Position numbers and translations under genes: made by a program. Below, in pieces: positions 11,036 through 22,921 of a DNA stretch of 49,967 nucleotides. The stretch lies in the NCBI GenBank assembly GCA_001600695.1, contig BCKQ01000004.1:632089-682055 (forward strand), given 5' to 3'. The stretch comes from Ascoidea asiatica JCM 7603. Its lineage: Eukaryota > Fungi > Ascomycota. Below the pieces are notes generated by a model. The model saw only the letters and a list, made by a program, of their open reading frames with translations, ran no database searches and had not been told where the DNA came from. Within the stretch, counting starts at the first letter, position 1, and each line of letters opens with the position of its first letter.

Positions 11036-13666
11036 ATGACAGGCCTTAAGAGATCTTTCTCAAATTGTAATACAGATTCAAATTCAAATAAAAATCCTGT
11101 AAATAATAGTGATAATAACAACAACAATAACAAAAACATCATAAGTGATTCAATAGATACTGCTTTGATTAATTATTCGAGTAATCGTCAATCATTTACT
11201 CAAGAACATAATAATATATCATCAACATCAACTACACTTCAAAATACATATTTTGATAAGAATAATCGTAATGAGAGTAATAATGGTGAGAATAAGAACA
11301 ACGTAAATGAAAATATAAACGATCAAACAAATGAAAATAAAAGACAAAGGAATAAAAAAGCTTGTACTAAATGTCGTAAAAGAAAGACAAAATGTTCTGG
11401 AGAAATTCCTTGTCAATATTGCTTAAAAGTTAATTTGCCTAATGAATGTATATTTCCAGAAAAAGAAAAATTTAAAAATATTATAATAAAAGATACTTAT
11501 CTTAATTTTCTTAAGAATAAGATTAAAAGATTGCAGTTTCAATTAGATCAAGTGAATAGGGATAATAAAAATATTAAAAATAATAGTTTCATAAATAAAA
11601 TAAACCTGAATAATAATATTAAAGATATTAATTTACTTAGTAAAGAAGAGGAAGATAATTTTGCAATAAATCCACTACTAGAATTAGATAATTCCAATAA
11701 GGAACTAAATATTGCTACGAATTCAAAGACAAACTCAAATACAACTTCTAGTTCAAATTCAAATACAAATTTAATTACTGATAATGATAGTCATAAAAAC
11801 TTGTCTATAGTATTCAATAATAATAATGAAAAATATAAGCAACTTGAAAATCTTAACTCTTACTATAATTCAAATTCATTCTTATCTTATTTAGGTGATT
11901 CTGATTGTATAAAGTTTTCTTCAGCATTATTTAAACTTTTGCTTAATTTAGATTCCTCTTTACCATTTCCAAAATTTATTCAAATTAATTATATTCCTGA
12001 TATTTTGCCAAGTAATGAGTTTTTTAAATTACCAAAAGAACAAATTGCTTCAAAACTAGTTAAAGCTGTATTTGATTTTGTTGGTGATGATTATATATTA
12101 TTAAGAAAAACTGAAGTTATGAGAATTGTTAAAAAATTATATAGTCAAAATCATAATGATGATATAAATATTTTAAATATTTTATCAAATGCAAATTCAA
12201 ATAATATTTCATATACTGAAATTTCCCATTTTTTTGCAATTTTAGCAATCGGTCAAGTTTATACAACTCCAACTTTAAAATATAATAAATCAAATACTAA
12301 ACCTTTTTTTAAAAAAGGTTCAATTCCTGGTTCAATTTATTTTGAGTTTGCTTTGAAATTATTCAAAGAAAAAAATATAATCTCTGATCAATCTTTATTA
12401 TTACTTCAAACTTTATTATTATTTTCTTTTTATTTTTTAATACTTAATGAAAAAAAAAATGCTTATTTATATTCTGGAATTGCTGTTAGATTATCTTATT
12501 CTTTAGGTTTACATAAAGAATTTAAAAACACTTCACTTCAATTCAATGAAAATATTAATGAAATTGATTTAGAATTTCGAAGAAGAATTTGGTGGTGTTG
12601 TTATATATATGATAGATTTATAACTATTAGATTAGGTCATCCTGTGATCATAAATGATGATGCAATTGATGTTAAATTACCTTCTCCTGCTTTGAATAGT
12701 AAAGATTTAGGTGATCCAACTTATTTACTTCAACAAATTGGTTTAGCAAAAATTTCTGGAATGATTTTAAATAGAATTTATACTTCAAATGGGAAAAATT
12801 TTATTCAAAATATTCATGATATTTTAACTCAATTAAGAGATTGGTCAAATAATTTATCAAGTATAACTAAATTGAATTATCCAAATTTGGAAAGAGGTTT
12901 AAAAAGACAAACTTACTCACTCCATTTAAATTATAATTATTTAGTTATAAGTGCCACAAGACCTTTATTTTTACATGTTTTCAAAACTGTTTTGAACGAA
13001 AATAATTATAATGATATTACAAAAACATATGAACCATCTCTTTTAACTTCGGCAATTTTAAAATCATGTATCAACGCTGCTCTTATAAATAATAAAATTT
13101 TGAATATTTTATATTCTGATATGCTAATTGCGACTTTTGGATTTTTAGATGCAATATATTTATTTAGTTCTACAATGATTCTTATTATGTTGCAATTTAT
13201 AAAAGAAAAGCAGTCTAAGAATAATCAAAAAAATGGATTATATAAGCTCATTGATTCATTTACTGAAGATGTAAATTCAAAGGTTCTGTTGGGGTTAAAA
13301 TTATTGGAAGAAAACAGTGAAGTTGGATCTCTAGCTTCATTAAATTTATATAATCAAGTTTTAAGCCTAAAAAAATTATGTGATATTTTATCAAAAAGAG
13401 ATAAAAGTCAATTGGCTAGAATCGATATAATTAAATACTTAACAGAAAATAAAGCTATAGAAGAACTCGAAAAGCCCGAATATGAAAATGACAGTGAAAG
13501 CTTGGTAACCTCAATCGATCCTCCTAAAACAGATTTTATTGATTTGTGGGAAGATGAACTATTAGAACAATTTTTAGATTCTAGAAACAATATACTAAAC
13601 TTTGATGATTTAAACGCAGATTTCAATTTTATAGATTTCAATAATATTTTTCCAAATAATCTTTGA
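11036..13666 (+). CDS. Zn(II)2Cys6 transcription factor with fungal-specific middle homology region (PUT3-like architecture)
   Basis: 'ACTKCRKRKTKCSGEIPCQYCLKVNLPNEC' binuclear cluster; 'SLGLH...EFRRRIWWCCYIYDRFITIRLGHP'. Confidence 0.9.
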   Translation: MTGLKRSFSNCNTDSNSNKNPVNNSDNNNNNNKNIISDSIDTALINYSSNRQSFTQEHNNISSTSTTLQNTYFDKNNRNESNNGENKNNVNENINDQTNENKRQRNKKACTKCRKRKTKCSGEIPCQYCLKVNLPNECIFPEKEKFKNIIIKDTYLNFLKNKIKRLQFQLDQVNRDNKNIKNNSFINKINLNNNIKDINLLSKEEEDNFAINPLLELDNSNKELNIATNSKTNSNTTSSSNSNTNLITDNDSHKNLSIVFNNNNEKYKQLENLNSYYNSNSFLSYLGDSDCIKFSSALFKLLLNLDSSLPFPKFIQINYIPDILPSNEFFKLPKEQIASKLVKAVFDFVGDDYILLRKTEVMRIVKKLYSQNHNDDINILNILSNANSNNISYTEISHFFAILAIGQVYTTPTLKYNKSNTKPFFKKGSIPGSIYFEFALKLFKEKNIISDQSLLLLQTLLLFSFYFLILNEKKNAYLYSGIAVRLSYSLGLHKEFKNTSLQFNENINEIDLEFRRRIWWCCYIYDRFITIRLGHPVIINDDAIDVKLPSPALNSKDLGDPTYLLQQIGLAKISGMILNRIYTSNGKNFIQNIHDILTQLRDWSNNLSSITKLNYPNLERGLKRQTYSLHLNYNYLVISATRPLFLHVFKTVLNENNYNDITKTYEPSLLTSAILKSCINAALINNKILNILYSDMLIATFGFLDAIYLFSSTMILIMLQFIKEKQSKNNQKNGLYKLIDSFTEDVNSKVLLGLKLLEENSEVGSLASLNLYNQVLSLKKLCDILSKRDKSQLARIDIIKYLTENKAIEELEKPEYENDSESLVTSIDPPKTDFIDLWEDELLEQFLDSRNNILNFDDLNADFNFIDFNNIFPNNL

Positions 13667-13807
13667 ACTTAATGTAATTATTAATCAATATCATGTCATA
13701 AAACTTTTTTTTTAAAAACTTTTATTTTTCACTATTTTATACATAAAGAATAAAAAAATTTCCCACAATCAAAAAGAATTTCAAGTTACTATCCTCCGAA
13801 AAATCAA

Positions 13808-16800
13808 TTACTTCTTGATATCCTGATCATCAGGTTTCAGATCTTTATTGGTATCGTTATCTTTTGTATTTTCATTATCCAAATTTTGTTTACCAATCTC
13901 CGAATCTTGATCGAACTCAATATCAGTAGTATTCTGTATACTTTCATTATCATCTGTAGCATTTGTACTTACACTCCTAATATCAACACTATTATTTTCA
14001 CCAACATTGCCTTCTTCAGCATCACCGCCAATATTAAACACACTATTATTATCAATGAAACTATCAATTTCATTTGCATCGGCATCTCCTGCTTCATCTC
14101 CGATTCCTAAAAGACTATCATCTTCATCATCTAATGAATCTATAGCAGAATTACTTCGACTAATAGCATCTTCATAGTTTCCATCTTCATAGAGTCTATT
14201 ATATCTAGCATCTCTTCTACCCCTTACAACTCTTTTTATTGTTTCAAATATCATAATTATTGTAGTTACACATATAAATGCAGTATCGACAATTTTATTG
14301 ACTGCATGATCCGTAAATGTATCATTGATTCTTTCATCTTCTTCACCTAATCTAATTTGACCAAATGAAATTCCGTTACGTCTAATACCACGATCATAAA
14401 CAAACCAAGTGGCAAATATAAATACAATTAATGGAATACCAATTATAAGGAAAATATTCACCCCTGTAAAGCCTCTATTATGCGCTTTGTTAAAGTCTTT
14501 TTCTTTGCCAGGACAGGGTAAAACTTCCCATTTATCAAACTCTTTACCACCTTGACAAGTACTTAATGGCAATTTTCTATATCCTGTAGGTTCATAAAAT
14601 TCAAAAACATTTTCCTTGGCACAAACTTCTTGAGAATCCTTAGGTTTTAAACCTTTAATTAATTTACAGGTACCATCATTTTCCTTGAAATAATTATAAT
14701 CACATTCATAATCATGTCTTGTACAAGAACAGTTTCTTAATAATTTATAGGCATCTCTCAAAGGAGCATTTCCAATAAAGCAATCTGAATGATCAGATAT
14801 TCTTCTTAAGTATTGGGTTTGGTGGCCAAACAAACAATGATCCGCAATAAAAGGGTGTTTTGGTGACCAATATTCAAAATCATCATTATCAGGCATATCT
14901 AAATCTAATACACATTGCCTATTATGAACTTGGGTAAAATCGAGAGTGAAAATTATCGAATTTTCTGAGTTATCAGAATCTTCAGTTATTAGAATAAATC
15001 TTCTTGAGGTATCTGATGGAATAGTTGCAATATCTAATATTTTGACTTCTTTCTCAGTAAACTTGTATTCAAACCAATTATCTCCCTCATCTAATGAGTA
15101 CAAAATTTTATTATCCAGTTCTCCATTTTTAGCCAATATAATTATACTTCCCTGATCTCCATATTCCCAGGCATACACACCTTCATGAATTTCTTTCCAT
15201 GTAATACCACCATCTCTTGTCATGAATGTTGAACAGTCCTCGAATGCATTTAATTTGTCCCCAACATTTCCCACAGCAATCATCATTCCCACTGCAGATC
15301 CAGATCCATATGTATCTCTTCCATCTATTTTTTCAGTATAACCATGAAGATTCAAAGAGCAGTCTTTTAGTTGTTTATTACCATTGATGCACTCATATTT
15401 AACTCCTTTCGAATCAACAGTAGGAGGTTGAATAAAACTCCACTCACTACCATCATTATGAGTTATTTTACTTTTCAATTCTTTCTTAGCTTTGTTAATT
15501 TTAACATCTTCTGCATTGCGTACAACATTTATTATTTCAATTCCCTCGATTCCTCTAACATTTTCGAAATCAACAAATCCATATTCATTTCGGTTCACAA
15601 AATCTTCTGACAAAACATAAGAAGTACCATTATAATTAGATTTAAGTATACTACCAAATTCTCTACCATGATCCTCATTTGTTGTAACATGCAAAAATAT
15701 CGATTTAGTGGTTGAGTCTAAAACAGTATATGCTTGTTGCTTACCGACATGGAAATCATAAGGAAATTCAGCTACTGCAAATATTTTTCCATCAACTGTG
15801 GTAAATGCTTTTAACGATTTATTATCATCTGCAACAGTGGCTACAATCACAAATTCTTCTGTAGATGCAAAACCAATGATTTTTTCGAATAAGATTTTAG
15901 AGTCTTTGTTAAAGAAGTCATTGGAGGAAACAAGACGATAAATTTTTAGACCATTATTACTTTCTTCAATATTAAACTGTTCGCAAAATATCAAATTTTT
16001 ATCGAGATATGGTTCATCAAAAGTTGAACCAACGAAATCGCAGTTTTTAACATTCTCAATCATTTTTTCCCAATTCTTTCCTCCATTCTTAGAATAATAT
16101 GCAACTGAATAACAATCTTTTGAGTAGAAGTCTTCTTTACATTTTTCACTATCACCATGCCAAATTAAATAGTCATTATTAAGCTTATTAAAAGATAAGG
16201 GAAGAACACCAAAACTATTCACTTTAACTGGCACATCAACTGATCTAAAAGATTTACATCTATCAGTACTTCTGAAAATTTTGTTATCTGATTCCACAAT
16301 TAAATAAACATCATCTGTCGAGTAAGGATTTAAAACTATATAAATTACTTTTTCTCCTAATCTTAAGTTTTGAAAACTTATTCCACCGTCATGTGAAAAA
16401 TAAACATCGCCGGTACTGGTTCTCATGATTATAGTTTCATCTTTAATATCATCAAGAGACTGATCTAAGTAAAAGTACTGTAAGATTGAACCTTTGATAT
16501 CAGTCTTGGAACCTTTGAGTAAATCATTAGAAGATTGAGAGAGAATTTTTTCACATTCAACAACATATTTATTCTCATCATTTAATTTATATGCATCTTT
16601 GGATTCTAAATTACATTGATTACCGGGTATTAATCTTTTTGACACTGTTTCAATAGTTATATCGCTAGTACTTTTTTTATTTTTTTCTTTTTCAATCAGA
16701 CACGCTTCTCTTAAAGTTTTGAAATCAGGCATACATTCCCCTTTGGAGTTTTCATTAAATCCATAATTACATTCATAATCTTCATTAGAACAAGAGCATT

Positions 16801-18808
16801 TAATATCTTCGGCTATAACATCCTCATATAATTTATTCACAAAACATTTAGCATCCTGTTTTCTTCTATGAAATTTTTCTTTGTGACCCATTACACATTT
16901 AGGTTCATCTGAAACAGTGGCTTGTCTTGCAACCCAATCTTCAAAATCATCATCTTTACATGTTTTATCAAAGGCATTTGAGAAATCTAAGCTATTAATA
17001 ACAGACTCAATTCCATTGAAAGAAACTTCAGCTGCTTCATCTTTTTTAATAAGTGCAGTATAAACAAATTTTTTAGAACTACCATCAATGGTAGTGATAA
17101 GCAGTAAAGGTACACAGTCTTCAGGTAATTCAAATTCATTCCAAGTTTTTCCTTGGTCCAATGAATAATGACCTTTATTATGTTTCCCATCTTTATTAAA
17201 ATTAGCTCTATAAGGTATAGCTACAATTATATTACCTTGATCACCATATTGAAAAATGCAAGGTTCATCTAAAGCCAATTCCCAAGTTAAACCTCCATTT
17301 CTAGAGACAAAAGATTGTAAAGAATTTAAATCAGCAGTTAAAATGGAAGATGAGGCCTTGGTATAACTACCGATTCCCATTATAATACCAGGTGTTGGAC
17401 CAGGTTCATATTTACCATCACCACTTCTAATCATTGTTGTTAAAATGTTTAATCCACAATCGGAATTGTCTTCTTTACATTCGTTAGAAATTTTATCACC
17501 TTCTTTAATGGTATAATTTAAATAATTCCAAGAACGACCATCATCATATGAGAATACAGAACGAATTTTTGGGAAAAAAAAATTTGCTTCATCATAGCCA
17601 ACCATTAGATTTCCTAACCATGTTCCGTCAATATTAGAGATTTTTTCAATTGTGAAAAAACCAAAATAATCATTTTGAGATTTATCTATTAAAAAATTAT
17701 CTAATTTTTTGAAATTTAAACCAGAAGAATCTGAAACATATAAATCCGAAATCATTGAACCAAAATTATTGAAGCCATAATCCCAACCACTAGAATCAGA
17801 AGTATTATTATCTCCGTCATTAATTGAATTAGAATAGCCCCAAACAGAAACATAAAGAGATTCATCATTTGAAGGCAAAAACATAAACATTTCATTCATT
17901 AAATCATTTGGAAAATTTGATTTTTTAAAATTTTTACCATCTTTTGAAATAAACATATTAATGGGTGAGTTTAGATTATATTTATCTGAATAAGATTTAA
18001 CAATTATAAAAGTTTGAATAATTTCAATTTGATATAAATAGGAGTTAGACATAAGATTTAAGTCATCATTAATAATTTGAGGATCATATTTAGATCTAAA
18101 CCAATCTTGAGAATATAAAAGCTGAGAGCTTTTAAATCTATTTTTTGAGTCTGTATTTTTTCTAATACATAAAATTGCTTCATCAGGACCTTTATTAAAA
18201 GTTTCAGAAGCATGAGTGAAAGTACAAAATTCTATATTACCTCCTTGAAGTAAAGTTTGAGGAGGAGTTGCAAAAGAATCAGTTGTATAAAAAAATTTAT
18301 GTTTACACTCATCATAATTTCCATCATCATCATTATCACAATCTAAGAAATCTATTATTAAAAAATCTTTATTTTTTGAATTATATTTAATATCAATTGA
18401 TGCTAATTTAGCACTTTTAGGTAAATTAAAAGATTTCCAAGTTTTTGCTTGATCAGTTGTATAGAATTGTTTTGAAGTTGTTGTTAATGCAAAAGCTCTA
18501 TCTTTAAAAAAAGGATCTCTTATTAATTCAATAATTTCAAGATCATCAAAAGGTATTTTATCCATATCCTTTCCATCATTATTAGAACTTATGACAGATC
18601 TATTTCCTAAAAACAACACCACAGAGGAGTCATCAAAATATATATAATCATCTATAAAATATGGAATTTTGTTATCTGAAATTTGAGGTATTGAAGAATC
18701 TTCAGTTTTGACCAGCAATACATTGAAACATAATATAAAAATTGCTATTTTGAGTATATGGCTTATTTTCAAGGAAAGCATTCCTCGAGGAAATTGGTAG
18801 AAACCCAT
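13808..18808 (-). CDS. PEP1: Vacuolar sorting receptor Vps10/Pep1
   Basis: 1666 aa with signal peptide and two sortilin modules with BNR repeats (SxDxGxTW, YGDQG). Cys-rich 10CC regions, one TM, cytosolic tail with FGQIRL and YNRL. Confidence 0.95.
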   Translation of the reverse strand: MGFYQFPRGMLSLKISHILKIAIFILCFNVLLVKTEDSSIPQISDNKIPYFIDDYIYFDDSSVVLFLGNRSVISSNNDGKDMDKIPFDDLEIIELIRDPFFKDRAFALTTTSKQFYTTDQAKTWKSFNLPKSAKLASIDIKYNSKNKDFLIIDFLDCDNDDDGNYDECKHKFFYTTDSFATPPQTLLQGGNIEFCTFTHASETFNKGPDEAILCIRKNTDSKNRFKSSQLLYSQDWFRSKYDPQIINDDLNLMSNSYLYQIEIIQTFIIVKSYSDKYNLNSPINMFISKDGKNFKKSNFPNDLMNEMFMFLPSNDESLYVSVWGYSNSINDGDNNTSDSSGWDYGFNNFGSMISDLYVSDSSGLNFKKLDNFLIDKSQNDYFGFFTIEKISNIDGTWLGNLMVGYDEANFFFPKIRSVFSYDDGRSWNYLNYTIKEGDKISNECKEDNSDCGLNILTTMIRSGDGKYEPGPTPGIIMGIGSYTKASSSILTADLNSLQSFVSRNGGLTWELALDEPCIFQYGDQGNIIVAIPYRANFNKDGKHNKGHYSLDQGKTWNEFELPEDCVPLLLITTIDGSSKKFVYTALIKKDEAAEVSFNGIESVINSLDFSNAFDKTCKDDDFEDWVARQATVSDEPKCVMGHKEKFHRRKQDAKCFVNKLYEDVIAEDIKCSCSNEDYECNYGFNENSKGECMPDFKTLREACLIEKEKNKKSTSDITIETVSKRLIPGNQCNLESKDAYKLNDENKYVVECEKILSQSSNDLLKGSKTDIKGSILQYFYLDQSLDDIKDETIIMRTSTGDVYFSHDGGISFQNLRLGEKVIYIVLNPYSTDDVYLIVESDNKIFRSTDRCKSFRSVDVPVKVNSFGVLPLSFNKLNNDYLIWHGDSEKCKEDFYSKDCYSVAYYSKNGGKNWEKMIENVKNCDFVGSTFDEPYLDKNLIFCEQFNIEESNNGLKIYRLVSSNDFFNKDSKILFEKIIGFASTEEFVIVATVADDNKSLKAFTTVDGKIFAVAEFPYDFHVGKQQAYTVLDSTTKSIFLHVTTNEDHGREFGSILKSNYNGTSYVLSEDFVNRNEYGFVDFENVRGIEGIEIINVVRNAEDVKINKAKKELKSKITHNDGSEWSFIQPPTVDSKGVKYECINGNKQLKDCSLNLHGYTEKIDGRDTYGSGSAVGMMIAVGNVGDKLNAFEDCSTFMTRDGGITWKEIHEGVYAWEYGDQGSIIILAKNGELDNKILYSLDEGDNWFEYKFTEKEVKILDIATIPSDTSRRFILITEDSDNSENSIIFTLDFTQVHNRQCVLDLDMPDNDDFEYWSPKHPFIADHCLFGHQTQYLRRISDHSDCFIGNAPLRDAYKLLRNCSCTRHDYECDYNYFKENDGTCKLIKGLKPKDSQEVCAKENVFEFYEPTGYRKLPLSTCQGGKEFDKWEVLPCPGKEKDFNKAHNRGFTGVNIFLIIGIPLIVFIFATWFVYDRGIRRNGISFGQIRLGEEDERINDTFTDHAVNKIVDTAFICVTTIIMIFETIKRVVRGRRDARYNRLYEDGNYEDAISRSNSAIDSLDDEDDSLLGIGDEAGDADANEIDSFIDNNSVFNIGGDAEEGNVGENNSVDIRSVSTNATDDNESIQNTTDIEFDQDSEIGKQNLDNENTKDNDTNKDLKPDDQDIKK

Positions 18809-19572
18809 ATCAATTGTGATATATGCTTTTTGATAAAATTGAATGTTGGTATTTATTTAATTGAATTGATCAAATTGACGAAATAGAAATAGAATGGATC
18901 AATCTCCTTTAATTAAAGAACCAAAAGGTTTATCTTCTTTTTTGGCGTCTGAATCTGGATGTTTGAGATTATGATTCTACTATTAGTTGCCGGTACTGTA
19001 TTAAGTATTGAAGTTTAACATTAAGAGTAGATTAAGCCCAAGCGCTGAGGCTAGATAAAAACCCATGGGAAAGAAGCAAACAGACAAAAACACCCAAACC
19101 AATGGGTCAAAAGGCAAATCTAAGGACACGAAACCAGACTGAAAAAGTAACGTGCTATAGTGCGTTTGAAACAGCGTTAAATATTGCGTCTACATATTAA
19201 ATGTGCTACAAACGTTATTTAACATCTTTTTGCATTAATATATTGAAAGCATATTACAAGTTTATGTGCTTTTGTTTACCTCACCCATACCAGTGGATTT
19301 AAAAATTTAAAATATTTCAGTCAGATGACCTAACTTTATATTTTTCAAAAAAAATTAAATATTTTTTTTTTCTGCGCTTTATAAGATCTAGGGTAAATTT
19401 CAGAAAAAAAAAATATTTTTATTTTCAAGTTTTATTTTCTTGATTCTTTTTTTTTTTCTATTATTGTTTATTGCCTTTCCTTCATTGTTCAAAGAGATAA
19501 TAACTCTAGTATATATCTTTAATTGAATAATATTTTATCCACAATTATAATAAATTAAAATTTTCTTTCACA

Positions 19573-20940
19573 ATGAGTTCATCTGAAATTTATCCTGTAT
19601 CTACTTATAATTTGGCTCTTAAACCTTTCAATCCATTACCTGCAATCTCAAAAAAATATCCTTATACTATTTCTATATCATTGGCTGCCATTGATCCTGA
19701 AAGTTTTGATAAAAATGAAACTCCTTCTACTTTACGTATGTTAAAACAAAAAGATGATATGCTTATTGATGATTCTGATTCCGAAGAAGAAAGTGATGAA
19801 GATGACGAAGAAAAAGATGAATTAGATTCTGATGAAGAAATGGAAGATTCTGATAATCAAAAAAAATCAAAAAAGAGTTCAAAGAAATCTAAAGATTCTA
19901 AAAAATCTTCTGATGACGAAGATGATGATGAGGAAGAAGAAGAAGACGATGATGATGATGATGAAGATGATGATGATGACACTGAAGAATTTGTTATTTG
20001 TACTTTATCTCCAAAAACTCAATTCCAACAATCGATAAACATAACCATTCGCCCAGAAGAAGAAGTATTTTTCGTAGTTACTGGATCATACCCAATTCAT
20101 TTAACTGGTAATTATATTAATCACCCTTTTGATGAAGATTCTGATTCTGATGAAGATTATGAATTTGATGAATATGATTTATCCCCCGATGAAGATGAAA
20201 CTTACAGCTTAGAGGATTTAGAAAATGAATCTGATATTGAAGGAAAAATTGAGGAATTAATAGAAGATGAAGAAAAAAAAGATTCTATAAAATCAATCAA
20301 AGAAGAGGATGATGAAAGTAAAGAAGAAGTAAAAAAAGAAACTGTCAATGATTCTAAAAAAGAATCAAAAAAAGAATCAAAAAAAGAAAAAAAAGAAAAA
20401 TCTAAATCTCCTTCAAAAAAAGAAGAAAAACCTGTAAATGAATCTAAAAAATCAAAAAAGGAAAAAAACAAGAAACGTGCTTTAGAAGAAGATAATGAAA
20501 AATCTACTAAAAAGAGTAAAAAAGCTTCAGAAGAAAAAAATGTGAAATTCAATAAAGATTTAGAACAAGGTCCTACTTCATCTTCTGATAAAAAAAAGAA
20601 ATTTCCAACAAAAAAATTAACTGGTGGAGTTGTAATTGAAGACCGAAAAGTTGGTACTGGACGTGCTGCAAAATCTGGTGACAGAATTGGAATGCGTTAT
20701 GTTGGTAAATTAAAAAATGGTACTCTATTTGATAAAAATTCTAGTGGTAAACCATTCACTTTTAGTTTAGGTAAAGGTGAAGTTATCAAAGGCTGGGATG
20801 TTGGTGTAGCAGGTATGACTGTTGGTGGTGAAAGAAGAATCATTTGCCCTCCAGTAATGGCTTATGGTAAACAAAAACTTCCTGGAATTCCTCCTAATTC
20901 CGAACTTATATTTGATGTTAAATTAGTCACATTAAAATAA
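19573..20940 (+). CDS. FPR3: Nucleolar FKBP prolyl isomerase / histone chaperone Fpr3/Fpr4
   Basis: Nucleoplasmin-like N-domain ('FVICTLSP', 'IHLTGNY'), acidic and Lys-rich tracts, C-terminal FKBP ('GMRYVGKL...[11 protein letters not shown]...[13 protein letters not shown]'). Confidence 0.93.
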   Translation: MSSSEIYPVSTYNLALKPFNPLPAISKKYPYTISISLAAIDPESFDKNETPSTLRMLKQKDDMLIDDSDSEEESDEDDEEKDELDSDEEMEDSDNQKKSKKSSKKSKDSKKSSDDEDDDEEEEEDDDDDDEDDDDDTEEFVICTLSPKTQFQQSINITIRPEEEVFFVVTGSYPIHLTGNYINHPFDEDSDSDEDYEFDEYDLSPDEDETYSLEDLENESDIEGKIEELIEDEEKKDSIKSIKEEDDESKEEVKKETVNDSKKESKKESKKEKKEKSKSPSKKEEKPVNESKKSKKEKNKKRALEEDNEKSTKKSKKASEEKNVKFNKDLEQGPTSSSDKKKKFPTKKLTGGVVIEDRKVGTGRAAKSGDRIGMRYVGKLKNGTLFDKNSSGKPFTFSLGKGEVIKGWDVGVAGMTVGGERRIICPPVMAYGKQKLPGIPPNSELIFDVKLVTLK

Positions 20941-21386
20941 GTAGAAAAATTTTCCTTTTTTAACATTTTATAGTTTTAAAATCAAATATTATTGGATTAT
21001 TATAAAATTTATATTTTTTATATTCCACATGGTTTTCCAAATTATGTAGTAAATGACTAATTAATTAAAAAAAACTCCAATGTACTGTAGCATGGCTATT
21101 TCAAAATACCCATTTAATAGATACTGAAAAAAAAAAGAAAATTCAAAAACAACCCAAAAAAGTTTTTTTTAAAATTAATAGTTAAATTAAAGTTACCAGA
21201 AATCACAATTATCGATGGGAAGTTTTATTTCCAGGACCAATTTGTTCCGCAAACTCTGTTTGATAATTTTATTGGGTTTAACCCGCGATAATATTGGCAA
21301 ACGATATTTTGAATCTAAAACTGTCTTTTTGTTTTTATTTTCAACAAGCAAAGTATTTGAATCTTTTATTTTGAATGATATTATAA

Positions 21387-22553
21387 ATGAAAAATATGTC
21401 TTCTGAATTTTTTTATTCTGCAGAATATTTTCAGTTTATCAATTGCGTGACAATTTCTATTCAGATTCCTTCAAGTGAGGAGATTTTTGGGCTATTTCTT
21501 GAGAATGATAGCAGTCTTCAAGTTTTTTCTTCAAACTCCATTTATTCAATATCTTTGCCTTCGAAAATAAAATATTGTTCTCCTACATCTATTCCTTTAA
21601 CTCTTCTATCTTCAAGTAATTTTCCTGGTTGCTTTACGTTGAAACTAGAAACGAGTGTATATCAACCTATAAAGAATTCTTTAAATCCAATAATGGATTT
21701 AAACTGGCGAAATAATTCAACTATTTGGTCGGGAAATTTTCTCAAAAACCAAAAAGAAAAGGGGTTTACAATTTGTTGTAAAAAGTGCAATGCAATAATT
21801 ATCGACAATAGAAGTATATCATATATTATTAATGATAAACCTTCTGATTCTTGGTCCGAATTGGTTGATTTTTGGTTTTGCCATAGACCTGATATTGATT
21901 CCAAATTAAATCCAAAAATATTACAAGAAAATTATGTTCCATCAAGTGGATCGTTTATAGTGGGACCAAGTGATTTTCAGATAAAAAAGTCTGAATTGAA
22001 TGGCAATATAATTTTACATTCTAAAAAAGTGAATTGCTTCAAATGTAAAAATATTCTTGGAAATTACAATGAAGAAAATGATAAAGTATTAACATTGAAT
22101 AAGTGGTGCTTAGAAATTTTTAGTGGAGTTGAAAACAAGTGCGAAAGTTTTTGGCCATACTATTCTGCTTATAATACATTAGTTGATGCTATTGTGAACC
22201 AATCAACCAGATTTTTTTCCATATACTCAAAAAATTCTTCAAAAAAAGATTCAATTTTTGTATATGTTGCTAGTCTTGAATCATCTGTAACATTATCTCA
22301 ACCACTAGCCCATCCATTAGAAAGTTGCTTAAAATTGTTTTATTCCAGCCTTGAAAGAATAAATCAAAAAAAATCTGATTTTAATCAGTTAATCGAACCT
22401 CTTAGCTTTCCTGCAGAAGTTTTTGATGATTTTATTCTGACATTGACTCAAACAAACAAATTTCTTCCGAATAACTGCAAGACTTTTGAAGGAAAAATAG
22501 CTGGAATAAATGATTGGAAAATTGGATTTCTTCCGCGAAAGAAAGTTTTTTAA
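21387..22553 (+). CDS. IPA1: Ipa1/UBE3D-like (HECT_2, E2C-binding) protein; the true start may be a downstream Met
   Basis: 'ICCKKC...DKPSDSWSELVDFWFCH' and second 'CFKC' Zn-binding motifs. Confidence 0.8.
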   Translation: MKNMSSEFFYSAEYFQFINCVTISIQIPSSEEIFGLFLENDSSLQVFSSNSIYSISLPSKIKYCSPTSIPLTLLSSSNFPGCFTLKLETSVYQPIKNSLNPIMDLNWRNNSTIWSGNFLKNQKEKGFTICCKKCNAIIIDNRSISYIINDKPSDSWSELVDFWFCHRPDIDSKLNPKILQENYVPSSGSFIVGPSDFQIKKSELNGNIILHSKKVNCFKCKNILGNYNEENDKVLTLNKWCLEIFSGVENKCESFWPYYSAYNTLVDAIVNQSTRFFSIYSKNSSKKDSIFVYVASLESSVTLSQPLAHPLESCLKLFYSSLERINQKKSDFNQLIEPLSFPAEVFDDFILTLTQTNKFLPNNCKTFEGKIAGINDWKIGFLPRKKVF

Positions 22554-22921
22554 GACATTTTGTTTAATATCATAATTTCACTTTCAATCAAATGAATTTT
22601 GGGCTTTTCTCTTTTTTTATTCAATTTTTTTTTTTTTTTTTCATTGCAAATCACAAATACAACGTAATAATAGTCTTATTACAAGTAGTGTTACTAATTA
22701 TGTAGTTAATGATAAAGTCTTAGCGAAGTAGCAAAAACAGGTGACTAACTTAGTCTGAGACCAGGTTTTTGGATCCATAATTTTTACCAACAGTTTTAAG
22801 CTGAATTTGAAAAACAGTAAACACAACGATTGAAATGTCAAAAGAATAAACAACATAAATCATGAAGCAGAGAACGAAATACATTATCTTAGTTCTCTTT
22901 TAACAACAAGAATATAGTAAA

